62,760 nt of DNA from the NCBI RefSeq assembly GCF_004010195.1, contig NC_057718.1, positions 32,686,486-32,749,245 of the forward strand. The letters run 5' to 3'. Shown here piece after piece: positions 51,309-62,760 of this stretch. The position numbers and the translations under genes were made by a program. Positions within the stretch are counted from its first letter, which is position 1. The number at the start of each line of letters is the position of its first letter. Origin of the DNA: Chiloscyllium plagiosum (Eukaryota). Below the pieces are notes generated by a model. It saw only the letters and a list, made by a program, of their open reading frames with translations. It was not told the origin of the DNA and searched no databases.

Positions 51309-54300
51309 GAATAGTGCTGCTGATTTACAGGTTCCTTGTGAATATGCACATAATTAAAATTAGTCAAGCAGTTCTACAAGATAGAAGAAAAGTACAATTT
51401 TACTTATGAAATCAGCAACTACAATAATATACACTTTATTTACAAAATTAATCCATCCATCTACTCATTGAGCACTATCACAGGAGATTCAAATTCTATC
51501 AATTCATATTAAAATCTTATACTGATACACACTTTCAAAGTATTCTTTTGCAAGCCATTGTTTACATTAAATTTCTAAACCTCATTTATAATAGAAAGCA
51601 TCCCTATAAATTAATCATCTTGCAATAGTATACCAGTGTTCTGGAATTTTGCCCCCAAAATTGTCTAAATCAATGAAATTTATTTCCATTGATTTTTCTT
51701 CTTATTAATTGAAATATTTATATCCAAACTAGGGTTTAGCAGATTATTTAAAAAATGACCTACTTTCCAATTATGGAATAAGATATTTTAATTAATTTAA
51801 TTTAATGTGTTTTAGTGTCAGAATTGAAGTTTTTATGTTTATGTGATGAATGGAAGTGATCTTATTTTTGTCTAAAGCTGACTCTAGAAAGTGACTGCAG
51901 ATGGCTTCATCTGAGCCGATGCAAAATATCCAATCTTCTTCAACGTCTGGCAATTGTTGTTCAACTTCTTGGAACAACTTCTACTCAGCTGTTATTTACA
52001 ACCATTTGAAGACAAAGAGGACAAACTTGAAAAAAAATTCATTCAGTTTAAATTTATAAATAAGACTTTTCTAAGTAGAGATGGTGTATGCGTTGTTTTT
52101 TTAAAAAAAGTCTAAATTAAATGTGTAAGAATGGAAGATAAAAGAATAAACAGGAAGATAAACAAATGTGTCACGTCATTTGTAAAGGAAGTCCCATGGT
52201 GCATTGTGTAGCACTTTGGCTTTTAGAGTTCGGAGTTCAACTCTCACTCCAGGACTTAATCGTCAAGAAACGTGCATTCGTAACTAGGCCAAACAAGGTG
52301 ATGTGTACCAAATTATAAATCCATTCAATGCATAACAAAGCCAGGCGGTGAGGACAGGAGGATTTGCTGGTGTGATTTGGGACCAGTCTCCTTGCTGGAG
52401 CTCGGGTGGAGATTCTGGAGTTGTGGGTTGGACCTGCTTTGGGATATGGAACAGAAAAGGCTATTGAGATATGAAAAGTCAGTTTTAAGACTGCCTGCTC
52501 TGGAAACCAAGAGTGTGGACAATTAAAAATGAACATGTAACAGCTTGTAAATCAATCCTTTTGCAACATTTCTGATTTTTATCTGCAAGTGAATAAGTAG
52601 TTAGAAATATACATTTCCTTCCAATTGTATCAGAGATATGTAAAGTTACGTATCTAGGCTACAAGCAAATGTCAAATGTATTGTTTACAGAAATCCTTTT
52701 GAAAGTCACATACGATTGCTTGCATGTTGCTTTGTGCCCTTCATTTTGCTTACTGCTATCAGACATCACACATCCACTGATGAGCTAAACTGCACCTTCA
52801 AGTCTCAATTGTCTTCCACTGTTTTAGAAAACACCTTCATCTTGATAAAAAGACTTCTCTTGTAGGCAAAGTCAAGTTTTCTATAGAAAGGTCCAGATCT
52901 AGGGACACCATCATAATTCTGTAAAAATCGCAGTCATTCTGCATTGTGACTAAAACTCTAAACCATTTTCCATGGTAATAGTGTTCAGGATTGCTCCCAA
53001 ATGCAGCTGAATTGCATTTAACTCTCCCTATTGCAGCTAATTGCCAAATAAATATCTCCAATTGGTATGTCTTGCTGTACGGATTTAACTTTAAAATTGG
53101 TAGTGGTTAAAAATTAGATTGGTGAATACATATGAAGTAATGATGACTCATTTATAGTTTCAATAGAATAATGAGCAAAGTTGCACAAGTTAATACCCAA
53201 AGGACCAGTAAAAATTGCAGAATATCAGTTCATCAAGATAGAAATTAACTTATTCAGAAATTCTGAAAAATGACTTTTTACATCATCTCTGACTCACAAT
53301 GAGCAATGCCTTACAAGATGTACTATTAAAAATCTTTTATACAATAAACACTGTTACACATATATCCATTACACTATGTTCAAAACAATATAGCAGAAAA
53401 TGAATTAAATGCAGGGGAGTAAGCTAGAGAACTACTAGTGAGACAAAAATTGGATTTGTTTGAAACAGCCAATGGTATCTCAGACAAGCACGCCAACATA
53501 AATAATAAGGTAACTTACCAAAATTGCTCAAAACAGTATTGACACCAATTTAATTATTTTTCACTATTCTTGGGAATAATGGCCAAAAGAAAGTCCCTGG
53601 AGACAAATGATCCTGCTCATCTACCATAATTTCAGTATTTCCTATTATCTGTATAGATGTGAATAATCCCAAAGAAATTTTTGGCCTCAGGGAATTTACT
53701 TGAAATATACAAGCACCAATACATTGATTAGCATTGTTGCACTGTCCACTAGTCTGAGTGGCTGCAAATGGTAGGTGGTGAAAGAAATTCAGTTAGGTCC
53801 GAAGAAAGGAATGGAATATAAACACAGCCTTTCCTGGAGTTTGTTAATTTATCAAATTTGAATGCATTTTCAACTACTACAATAAGGACACCAGACCCTT
53901 ATCTAATTTGATGGGCTCATTTTTACTAATTTAGATTACACCTGTTTTATATGAATACACAATATGATAGGACAAAGGAAGAAAATATGAATGATTATTC
54001 TGGCAGGTGATATTGTCCTACCTAGACATTATTCTAGTTCCTTTCTAACATCACCTGGAAACCAGGCATATGCAAGATGTGCTTAACTCTGAAGAAATTC
54101 CCAATTTTAGGTCCATGTTCTCTAACATACTAAAAATATTAAAAATTGCACATTTCACAATATTGTTATTAAACTTACTCATAAAAGTGTCCAATGTGTT
54201 TTTGAGGAGACTTACTCAATGTGATAAGTCTTCCAAAAGTCTAGGTGTAAATCTTGAATAATGTCTATCAAACAAAAGCCTATAATGAAAGGACCATCTG

Positions 54301-55371
54301 ATCTTGTGCAAAGCCTCCCTCCAAGCAGCAGTTAGGTTTTTCTGTGCACTTGATTGGCTGATTCACTATTGGAAGTATACAGTCACTCCTGATACTGAAG
54401 GAATTCTGCGTTTCTTTAAGTTTTTCAAAATTATTTTAACAATGTAACAATATAACCTTTTCTCAAACTTTTAAAATTTGTCAATTGTCACATTTTCAGC
54501 TCACAAATGTCAAATTTTGGCCAGTTGGACAGAGTGTGAAAAGTCAGGGAACAGCTTTGTGACTGGCAAAAATATCCAGAAGATTGTTATATTTGGCTAA
54601 TAGCAAATGCTGTCAACTTTGACTATATTGAGCAGGATCTGTCTACTGGCCACACTAGGGTTTTAAATGGGTACCATTTCTTTTCCTCATAAGGCTGCAG
54701 AATTGTATTAAGGTATACACACATGACGTCTATGTGTGACATATGTGTTCCAGACCTCTTGATAATGGGTTATGGATTCTTTGGGAAGGACAACTGGACA
54801 TGGAAGTTTCATACTTTAGTAACGTCTCTTCAGCACCAAAAGCCCTCCTTACTGTGCCAATTAATGAAGTGCAAAGGTTAAGGCCTGTGTTGTGAAGTAT
54901 AAATGGTAGCAACAGGACTTTGTTAGGCAAGTCCTGGAACAGTGATGGGTTCTGTCAGAGCATCTCAGGAATTCCTGCACTTGCTTTGTTAGATTGTTCA
55001 CAAGTTTGTGCTTCACATTACAATTGTGCAGCATTAACATTTGATAATACTATTTTTTAGGAACTATGTTGATTTGAAGTATTATTTTACTATTTGGTCT
55101 CAGTTATCTTTTTAAACAGTTTAGTTTGAGTTTCTGTGAGTGAGACAATTAATTTAAGGAAGTTACTTGTGAAGAACTGATCTTGCTGGTTTAATTGACC
55201 TGAAGGTAGCAAAGAGATTGGGTTTAAGTACTTGGATCTGTTGTAAATTGCACTTGGTATAATTAATACTTATTTGTCGGTTTTAAAGTAATAAGTTTGA
55301 ACTTAATGGCTTGAACTGAGCATGGCATAGATCATTAAACAAGAATTATTTATTTTGAGAAGGATTGACTT

Positions 55372-55724
55372 TGAATCTACAGAATCCCTACAGTGTGGAA
55401 ACAGGCCATTTAGTCCAACAAATCCACACTGACCCTCCAAACAGCATCCCACCCAGACCCATCCCTCTACTCTATCCCTGTAACCCTGCATTTCCTATGG
55501 CTAACACACCTAACCTCCACTTCCCTGAACACCATGGGTAATTTAGCATGGCCAATCCACCAAACTTGTGCGTCTTTAGACTGTGGGAGAAAACTGGAGC
55601 ACTCAAAGGAAACCCACACAGACATGGGAAAACATGCAAACTCCACAGAATTGCCTGAGGGTGGAATCAAACCTGGGTCCCTGGTGCTGTGAGGCAACAG
55701 TGCTAACCACTGAGCCACCATGCT
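55372..55724 (-). mobile_element. HE1-like V-SINE
   Basis: Reverse complement of the HE1-like copies, including A and B boxes. Confidence 0.92.
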
Positions 55725-56257
55725 GACTTAAAATTGCAGAGGTATGTCATGTATGCAAAAATAAATTCAACCTGGCCGATAATTATTGCCTCATTAGTCA
55801 ATTCCCCATCATCACTAAAGTGAAGGAAGGTGTAAAATAACCAAAAATGTAAACAAAACATTTATATTTTTAAAGGACATCTCAGTATTCTACTTAAAAT
55901 GTTTGTTTTCAATTGCTTTACCATTTCTGGGAATGCGAGGTGAATGGTTTGTGATAGTTGGTATTACTGATACAACGTAATATCATTTCTACAACTTATC
56001 TGTATCTAAAAGGATTGCTAATTAATTTACACAATAAAATGTTAGTTCCTGGACTCATGGAATAACAGTCAAGCATTTGTTTTGCTGACAATACTCAAGT
56101 TACAGAGGTGGGTGACAGCAGATGACCCTCATCTTACTTCAATGGTAAGGTTAATGCAAACCATTTCCTAACAAGGAATAGGAAGCTTTCAGAATTCAGA
56201 ATAAGATTTGGAAACTGAACATCTTAACTGGCACTGTTTAACAACTAATCATTCTTA

Positions 56258-57480
56258 GAATGGCAGGCTGTTACTAGTTGGGTACCACAGGGTTAGCACT
56301 AGGTCCCCGACTGTTCACAATCAATATAAATAATTTGGATGTGGGAACAATTGTAATATTTTCAAATTTGCTGACACCACTAAAATGGTTGGGCACAAGA
56401 GCTGTGAAGAGGGTACAAGAGTCAACAAAGTACACTTGGACAGACCAAGTTAATGAGCTACAACATGGTAACTAGAATACAATGTAAATAAATGTGAAGT
56501 TATTCACTTCTATAGAAAATAAACAACAAAAATGCAGAATATTTTATCAATGGTAAGAGTTTTGGAACTGCAGGTATTGAATTGAACTGAACTGAATTTA
56601 TTGTCACATGTACGGAGGCACAGTGAAAAGCTTTGTCTTGCGAGCAATACAGGCTGATCACATAATTAAGTTGCATAGATAAATAAATAATAGGTAAACA
56701 GCAGCAAAAACAAAAACACAGGTACAGGCAAATGTTAGGAGTTTGTGAGTCCATTCAGTATTCTAACAACAGTCGGGTAGAAACTGTTTCGAAACTGGTT
56801 AGTAAGTGTATTCAGGCTTCTGCCTCTTCTCTCTAATGGGAGAGATTGTAGAAAAACATTGCCAGGGTGGGATGGATCTTTCAGAAGGGATCAAAGGGAT
56901 CTGGGTATCCTTGTTCTTGAGTCATTAGAAGCTCGCATGTGCAGGGGGCGATTGGAAGGCCAGTATATTGATATTCATTTCAAGGAGATTGGAATGCAGG
57001 ATTAAGGATATCTTGCTGCAGTTGTATAGTCCCTTGTGGGACCTCACCTGGAGTATAGTATCCAGTTTTAGTCTCTTTCTGCATGGAGGATATACTTGCC
57101 ATAGAAGGAATTCAGTGGAGGGTCACCAAATTAATCCGTGTGATGACATGTGAGGAGTGACTGCAAAAGCTGGCTCTGTATTTTGTACTTTTTCAACGAA
57201 CGAGAGGTGATCTCATTGAAACTTTTAAAATCTTACAGAGTGTGACAGGTTGAATATAGGAATATAGAATATATATCCCTCCCTGGTGATTCTGGAATGG
57301 GGAGAAATAGTCTCAGGATAATGGCCAGACCATCTAAGACAGAAATCACTAAATGTTTTGAAGATTACTGGTATTAAGAGATATGGAGATAGTGTGGAAT
57401 GGTGACATTGAGATGATAGCTTTGATCAAGAATGGTAAGTTTGGTTGACTGAATGACCTACTTCCATTCCTATGTTTATG
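56258..57480 (+). mobile_element. Decayed CR1-type LINE 3' region, interrupted
   Basis: LGPRLFTININNLD, aaatttgctgac (FAD), FISRRLECRIKDILLQLY. Confidence 0.8.
56576..56886 (-). mobile_element. 3' end of an unrelated non-LTR element (Rex1/Babar-like) inserted in CR1
   Basis: Minus strand ends gtgacaataaattcagttcagttcaattcaat (AATAAA plus short tandem tail); not CR1-like and interrupts collinear CR1 sequence. Confidence 0.5.
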
Positions 57481-57758
57481 TTTTCTTCTGATATGACATT
57501 GGAGACAGAAGAAGAAAGGCCTGTGTTGGTAACGTTAAAGGTATCCTGAGCCTTGAGGGATAAGAAGCTTCCATGCTGTCTTCACTAATTGTTTATTAAA
57601 TATTTATAAAATCTTGTTTCTTTGATTTTACTTAGTTCATAAATTCTCCTGGTTCATATCTTGTTAGATCAAGCACAACTGAAAGTTCCATTGTCATCTA
57701 TTGAGGATTTGAAACTTTGGAATTTTTAAGTAAGAGGATTTTATGCCATAAAATTTGG

Positions 57759-58057
57759 GGGCGGCCCGGTGGCTCAGTGGTTAGCAACGCTGCCTCACAC
57801 CAGCAGGGTCCCAGGTTCGATCTCAGCCTTGGGTCACTGTCTGTGTGGAGTTTGCTCATTCTCCGTGTGTGTGCGTAGGTTTCTCCGGGTGCTCTGGTTT
57901 CTTCCCACAGTCCAAAGGTGTGCAGGTTAGGTGAATTGCCCATAGTGTTAGGTGCATACGTTAGAGGGAAAATGGGTCAGGATGGGTTACTCCTCGGAGG
58001 ATCGGTGTGGACTGGTTGGGCCGAAGGGCCTGTTTCCATACTGTAGGGAATCTAATC
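57759..58057 (+). mobile_element. HE1-like V-SINE
   Basis: A box tggctcagtgg, B box ggttcgatctc, tail gggaatctaatc. Confidence 0.92.
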
Positions 58058-59064
58058 AAAACCCTGAAAACGTACAAGCAGATTTGCAATGTACAAAGGT
58101 ACATGCATCCTTCACCACTTTATCTACTGCAAAATCAAAATCAAAAGCAATAGAAACAGTTCACATGCAAGAAAGCAATAGGAAAGTTTCTTTGCAAAAA
58201 GTCATGAATTTTGAAAGCTTGTTCAGGTGTTTGCTGTTCTGAACAAATTGTGCAATGATAAAACAAATTCAGAAATTCACTGCATTGCTAAAGTGGCAGA
58301 TTTGCTGCAATATAAATGAGATATTGAAGAAAAACATGCTGACATTTAAGCAGCTGTTGTATGTTCACATCACCTCATGGGTGTGAATAAAAGCTGAAGG
58401 AAAACATATGTTGGTGTGACAGTTTGGCTGGAAATGACAACCAAAAAAATTATGTCTGAGATAAGCTCGCTGGCTAGATACCTGCAGACAATAATAACTC
58501 TTTGACTTGTTGCCTGGAAATTATTTAAGAACCAAGTTCACCACCTTGACCTCAAAATCTCACAAATGAAATTTTCAGTTCAAAATTCTTAAGTGTGTAT
58601 CTAGAGCAGAAATGTGTGTCCACATAACAATGAATATGCTTGTATAACAATGAATATGCAAATTTCTGAACATAACAAATTAATATCCATGGCCATTTAT
58701 CCAGCATAGTCTGCTCATATACAAGCAGAATTAATTGGGAGACAACCACGTAAAATGCCATTTGAAGGAGTGTCAAAGTAAAGGACAAAAAAGTTATTAT
58801 CTGTGTTCGTCACACTAACTCTATTTGGCTGCTCTATTTATTTTCAAATATATTTTAAACCCATAATATGGGCCAACTTGCACTCCTTTTTGACCTTTTG
58901 TGAGGATTCAGGTTGTAAGGCATACAAAAATCCTTCTGGAAATAAAAACTGTTAACTTCTATTCTGCCAGGTATCCTGTCTGCCATGTGGTGTATCTTTA
59001 AAAAATAAATTCTCATGGTGGGGGTGTTCAGTACTCACAAATAAATATTTACTGCCTGTTCTTC

Positions 59065-59175
59065 AGTTCTGAAGAAGACCTATACAGGACTCGAACCATT
59101 CACTTTATTTCTCTCTCCACAGATTCTGCCAGGCCTGCTGAGTTGCTCCAGTGTTTTCTGTTTTATTTCAGATCT
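59065..59175 (+). mobile_element. Decayed Penelope-like element, subfamily C
   Basis: gttCTGAAGA...gactcGAAc...ctctctccacagattctgccaggcctgctgag. Confidence 0.5.
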
Positions 59176-59183
59176 GCAAGGAG

Positions 59184-59270
59184 CTGTTTTAGACTGCATG
59201 GATCTGTTTTAGACTGCATGGATCTGTTTTAGACTGCATGTATCTGTTTTAGACTGCATGGATCTGTTTT
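59184..59270. repeat. 20-bp minisatellite, about 4.3 copies of ctgttttagactgcatggat
   Basis: Four units with a single substitution plus a partial fifth. Confidence 0.97.
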
Positions 59271-59407
59271 GGGGCCACTGCTGTTTGTCATTTTTATAAA
59301 TGACCTAGATGAGGATGTAGAAGGATGGGTTAGTTAATTTGCGGATGACACTAAGGTCGATGGAGTTGTGGATAGTGCTGAAGGATGTTGCAGGTTACAG
59401 AGAGACA
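59260..59407 (+). mobile_element. CR1 RT fragment, interrupted by the minus-strand CR1
   Basis: Encodes GSVLGPLLFVIFINDLDEDVEGWVS*FADDTKV. Confidence 0.9.
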
Positions 59408-59409
59408 GC

Positions 59410-61352
59410 TAGAACATCGAACATAGAACATTACAGCGCAGTACAGGCCCTTTGGCCCTCGATGTTGCGCTGACTGTGAAACCAATCTGAAGCCCATCTA
59501 ACCTACACTATTCCATTCTCATCCATATGCCTATCCAATGACCATTTAAATGCCCTTTAAAGTCGGTGAGTCTACTACAGTTGCAGGCAGTGCGTTCCAC
59601 GCCCCCGACTACTCTCTGAGTAAAGAAACTAGCTCTGACATCTGTCTATATCTATCACCCCTCAATTTAAAGCTAAGTCCCCTCATGCTAGCCATCGCCA
59701 TCTGAGGCAAAAGGCTTTCTCTATCCAACCTACCTAACCTTCTAATTATCTTATATGTCTCAATTATGTCACCTCTCAGCCTTCTTCTCTCTAACAAAAC
59801 AGCCTAAGTCCCTCAGCCTTTCCTCATAAGACCTTCCCTCCATACCAGGCAACATCCCAGTAGATCTCCTCTGAACCCTTTCCAAACCTTTCACATCCTT
59901 CATATAATGTGGTGACCAAAACTGTATGCAGTACTCCAAATGCGGCCACACCAGAGTTTTGTACAACTGGAGCATGATCTCATGGTTCTGAAACTCAATC
60001 CCACTACCAATAAACGCTAACACACCATATGCCTTCTTAACAACCCTATCAACCTGGGTGGCAACTTTCAAGGATCTATGTACATGGACACTGAGACCTC
60101 ACTGCTCATCCAAGCTACCAAGAATCTTACCATTAGCCCAGTACTCTGCACTCCTGTTACTCCTTCCAAAGTGAATCACCTCAATTTTTTTTTAAAGATT
60201 AGATTCCCTACAGTATGAAAACAGGCTCTTCGGCCCAACAAGTCCACTCCGACCCTCCGAAGAGTAACCCACCCAGACCCTATATTGACCCCTGACTAAT
60301 GCCCCTAACACTATGTGCAATTTAGCATGGCCAGTTCACCTAACCTGCACATCTTTGGATTGTGGGAGGAAACCGGAGCACCCGGAGGAAATCTACGCTG
60401 AAGTGCTAACCACTTCAGCATTAAATGGCATTAAATTCCATTTGCCATCTCTCAGCCCAGCTCTGCAGTTTATATACTGTCTCTCTGTAACCTACAACAT
60501 CCTTCGTCACTATCTACAACTCCACCGACCTCAGTGTCATCTGAAAATTTACTAACCCATCCTTCTATGTCCTCATCCAGGTCATTTACAACAATGACAA
60601 ACAATAGTGAACACAAAACAGATCCTTGTGGTACATCACCAGTAACTGAACTCCAGGATGAATATTTCCCATCAACCACCACCCTCTGTCTTCTTTCAGC
60701 TAGCCAATTTCTGATCCAAACCGTTAAATTACCCTCAATCCCATGCCTCCATGGGGAACCTTATCAAACGCTTTACTGAAATCCATATACACCACATCAA
60801 CTGCTTTACCCTCATCCACCTGTTTGGTCACCTTCTGAAAGAACTCAATAAGGTTTGTGAAGCACGACCTACTCTTTGCAAAACTGTGTTGACTATCCCT
60901 AATCAAATTATTCCTTTCTAGATGATTATATATCCTATCTCTTATAACACTTTACCCACAACTGAAGTTATGCTCACTGGTCTATAATTTCCAGGGTTGT
61001 CTCTACTCCCCTTCTTGAACAAGGGAACAACATTTGCTATCCTCCAGTCTTCTGGCACTATTCTTGGAGACAATGACGACATAAAGATCAAAGCCAAAGG
61101 CTCTGCAATCTTCTCCCTGGCTTCCAGAGAATCCTCAGATAAATTCCATCCAGCCCAGGGAATTTATCTATTTTTCCACTTTCCAGAATTACTAACATGT
61201 TCTCTTTATGCACCTCAAGCCCATCTAGTCTAGTAGCCTGTATCTCAATATCCTCCTCAACCACATTGTCTTTTTTTAGTGTGAATACTGACAAAAAGTA
61301 TTCATTTAGCACTTCCCCTCTCTCCTTTGACTCTAGGCACAATTTCCCACTA
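59410..61352 (-). mobile_element. CR1/HER1-type LINE (RT and 3' tail), frameshifted
   Basis: ORF pieces: DVVYMDFSKAFDKVPHG, VPQGSVLCSLLF...FSDDT, LYKTLVWPHLEYCIQFWSP; (tagaaca)n tail at 59410. Confidence 0.93.
60196..60412 (-). mobile_element. HE1-like SINE (internally deleted) inserted in CR1
   Basis: agattagattccctacag...gactgtgggaggaaaccggagcaccc-like sequence...gtgctaaccact. Confidence 0.85.
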
Positions 61353-62760
61353 CATAGAACATAGAACATAAAACAGTACAGCACAGAACAGGCCCTTCAG
61401 CCCACGATGTTGTGCCGACCACTGATCCTCATGTATGTACCCTCAAATTTCTGTGACCATATGCATGTCCAGTAGTCTCTTAAATGTCCCCAATGACCTT
61501 GCTTCCACAACTGTTGCTAGCAACGTATTCCATGCTCGCACAACTCTCTGTGTAAAGAACCCACCTCTAACATCCCCTTTATACTTTCCTCCAACCAGCT
61601 TAAAACTATGACCCCTTGTGTTAGCCATTTCTGCCCTGGGAAATAGTCTCTGGCTATCAACTATATCTATGCCTCACATTATCTTGTATACCTCAATTAC
61701 GTCCCCTCTCCTCCTCCTTTTCTTCAATGAAAAAAGTCCGAGATCAGTCAACTTCTCTTCATAAGCTAAGCCCTCCAGTCCAGGCAGCATCCTGGTAAAC
61801 CTCCTCTGAACCCTCTACAAAGCATCCACATGTTTCCTATAATAGGGCGATCAGAACTGGACGCAGTATTCCAAGTGCGGTCTAACCAAAGTTTTATAGA
61901 GCTGCAACAAGATCTCATGACTGTTAAACTCAATCCCCCTGTTAATGAAAGCCAAAACACAATATGCTTTCTTAACAACCCTGTCCACCTGGGTGGCCAT
62001 TTTAAGGGATCTATGTTTCTGCACACCAAGATCCCTCTGTTCCTCCACACTGCTAAGAATTCTATGCTTAATCCTGTACTCAGCTTTCAAATTCGACCTT
62101 CCAAAATGCATCACCTCGCATTTATCCAGGTTGAACTCCATCTGCCACCTCTCAGCCCATCTCTGCATCCTGTCAATGTCCCGCTGCAGCCTACAACAGC
62201 CCTCTATACTGTCAACAACACCTCCAACCTTTGTGTCGTCTACAAACTTGCTGACCCATCCTTCAATCCCCTCATCCAAGTTATTAATAAAAATTACAAA
62301 CAGTAGAGGCCCAAGGACAGAGCCCTGTGGAACACCACTCACCACAGACTTCCAGGCAGAATATTTTCCTTCTACTACCACTTGCTGTCTTCTGTTGGCC
62401 AGTCAATTCTGTATCCATACAGCTAAGTTCCCCTGTATCCCATTCCTCCTGACCTTCTGAATGAGCCGACCATGGGGGACCTTATCAAATGCCTTGCTGA
62501 AGTCCATATACACCACATCCACAGCTCGACCCTCATCAACTTTTCTAGTCACATCCTCAAAGAACTCGATAAGGTTTGTGAAGCATGACCTGTCCCTCAC
62601 AAAGCCGTGTTGACTGCATATGCTCTTCCAGATGGTCATAAATCCTATCCCTCAGAATCCTTTCTAACACATTGCAGATGACAGACGTGAGACTTACTTG
62701 TCTGTAATTGCCGGGGATTTCCCTATTTCCTTTCTTGAAGAGAGGAATTACATTTGCCTC
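61353..62760 (-). mobile_element. Younger CR1/HER1-type LINE nested in the previous copy; runs off the window
   Basis: ORFs 61851-62381 and 62403-62639: QHGFVRDRSCFTNL, GVPQGSVLGPLLF, FVDDTK, RPHLEYCVQF; (catagaa)n tail at 61353. Confidence 0.95.

Noticed and set aside
52325..52460. Minus-strand peptide SNPQLQNLHPSSSKETGPKSHQQILLSSPPGFVMH resembling a terminal exon
   Set aside because: No identifiable homologue and no upstream exons found.
59184..59270. CRISPR-like array
   Set aside because: Head-to-tail repeats without spacers in eukaryotic DNA; it is a minisatellite.
61830..62460. 158-aa and 171-aa plus-strand ORFs
   Set aside because: Antisense shadows of the CR1 reverse transcriptase frame.

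Overview
This window is repeat-rich, AT-rich vertebrate genomic DNA, most likely from an elasmobranch (shark). The assignment rests on multiple HE1-like tRNA-derived V-SINEs and CR1/HER1-type LINE fragments. I could not confidently identify any host protein-coding exon; most ORF-track entries are chance ORFs or pieces of retroelements. The only clearly recognisable proteins are decayed CR1 reverse transcriptases (33-35 kb, 44-46 kb, 56-62.7 kb), plus a decayed Harbinger-type Myb/SANT ORF at about 23.7-23.9 kb. The most interesting signal is about a dozen short non-autonomous Penelope-like insertions from at least 3 subfamilies. They carry a minimal type I hammerhead ribozyme motif (CUGANGA-stem II-GAAA-palindrome-UH) whose stems covary between subfamilies. 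Several are arranged as head-to-head palindromes and several have 11-17 bp target-site duplications. Also present are two ~290-330 bp local duplications that bracket captured DNA, a newly formed 20-bp minisatellite at a LINE junction, a nested CR1 cluster, and one CpG-enriched promoter-like patch at about 48 kb with a candidate minus-strand first exon. Repeat family names come from pattern recognition, not database searches, and boundaries are approximate.
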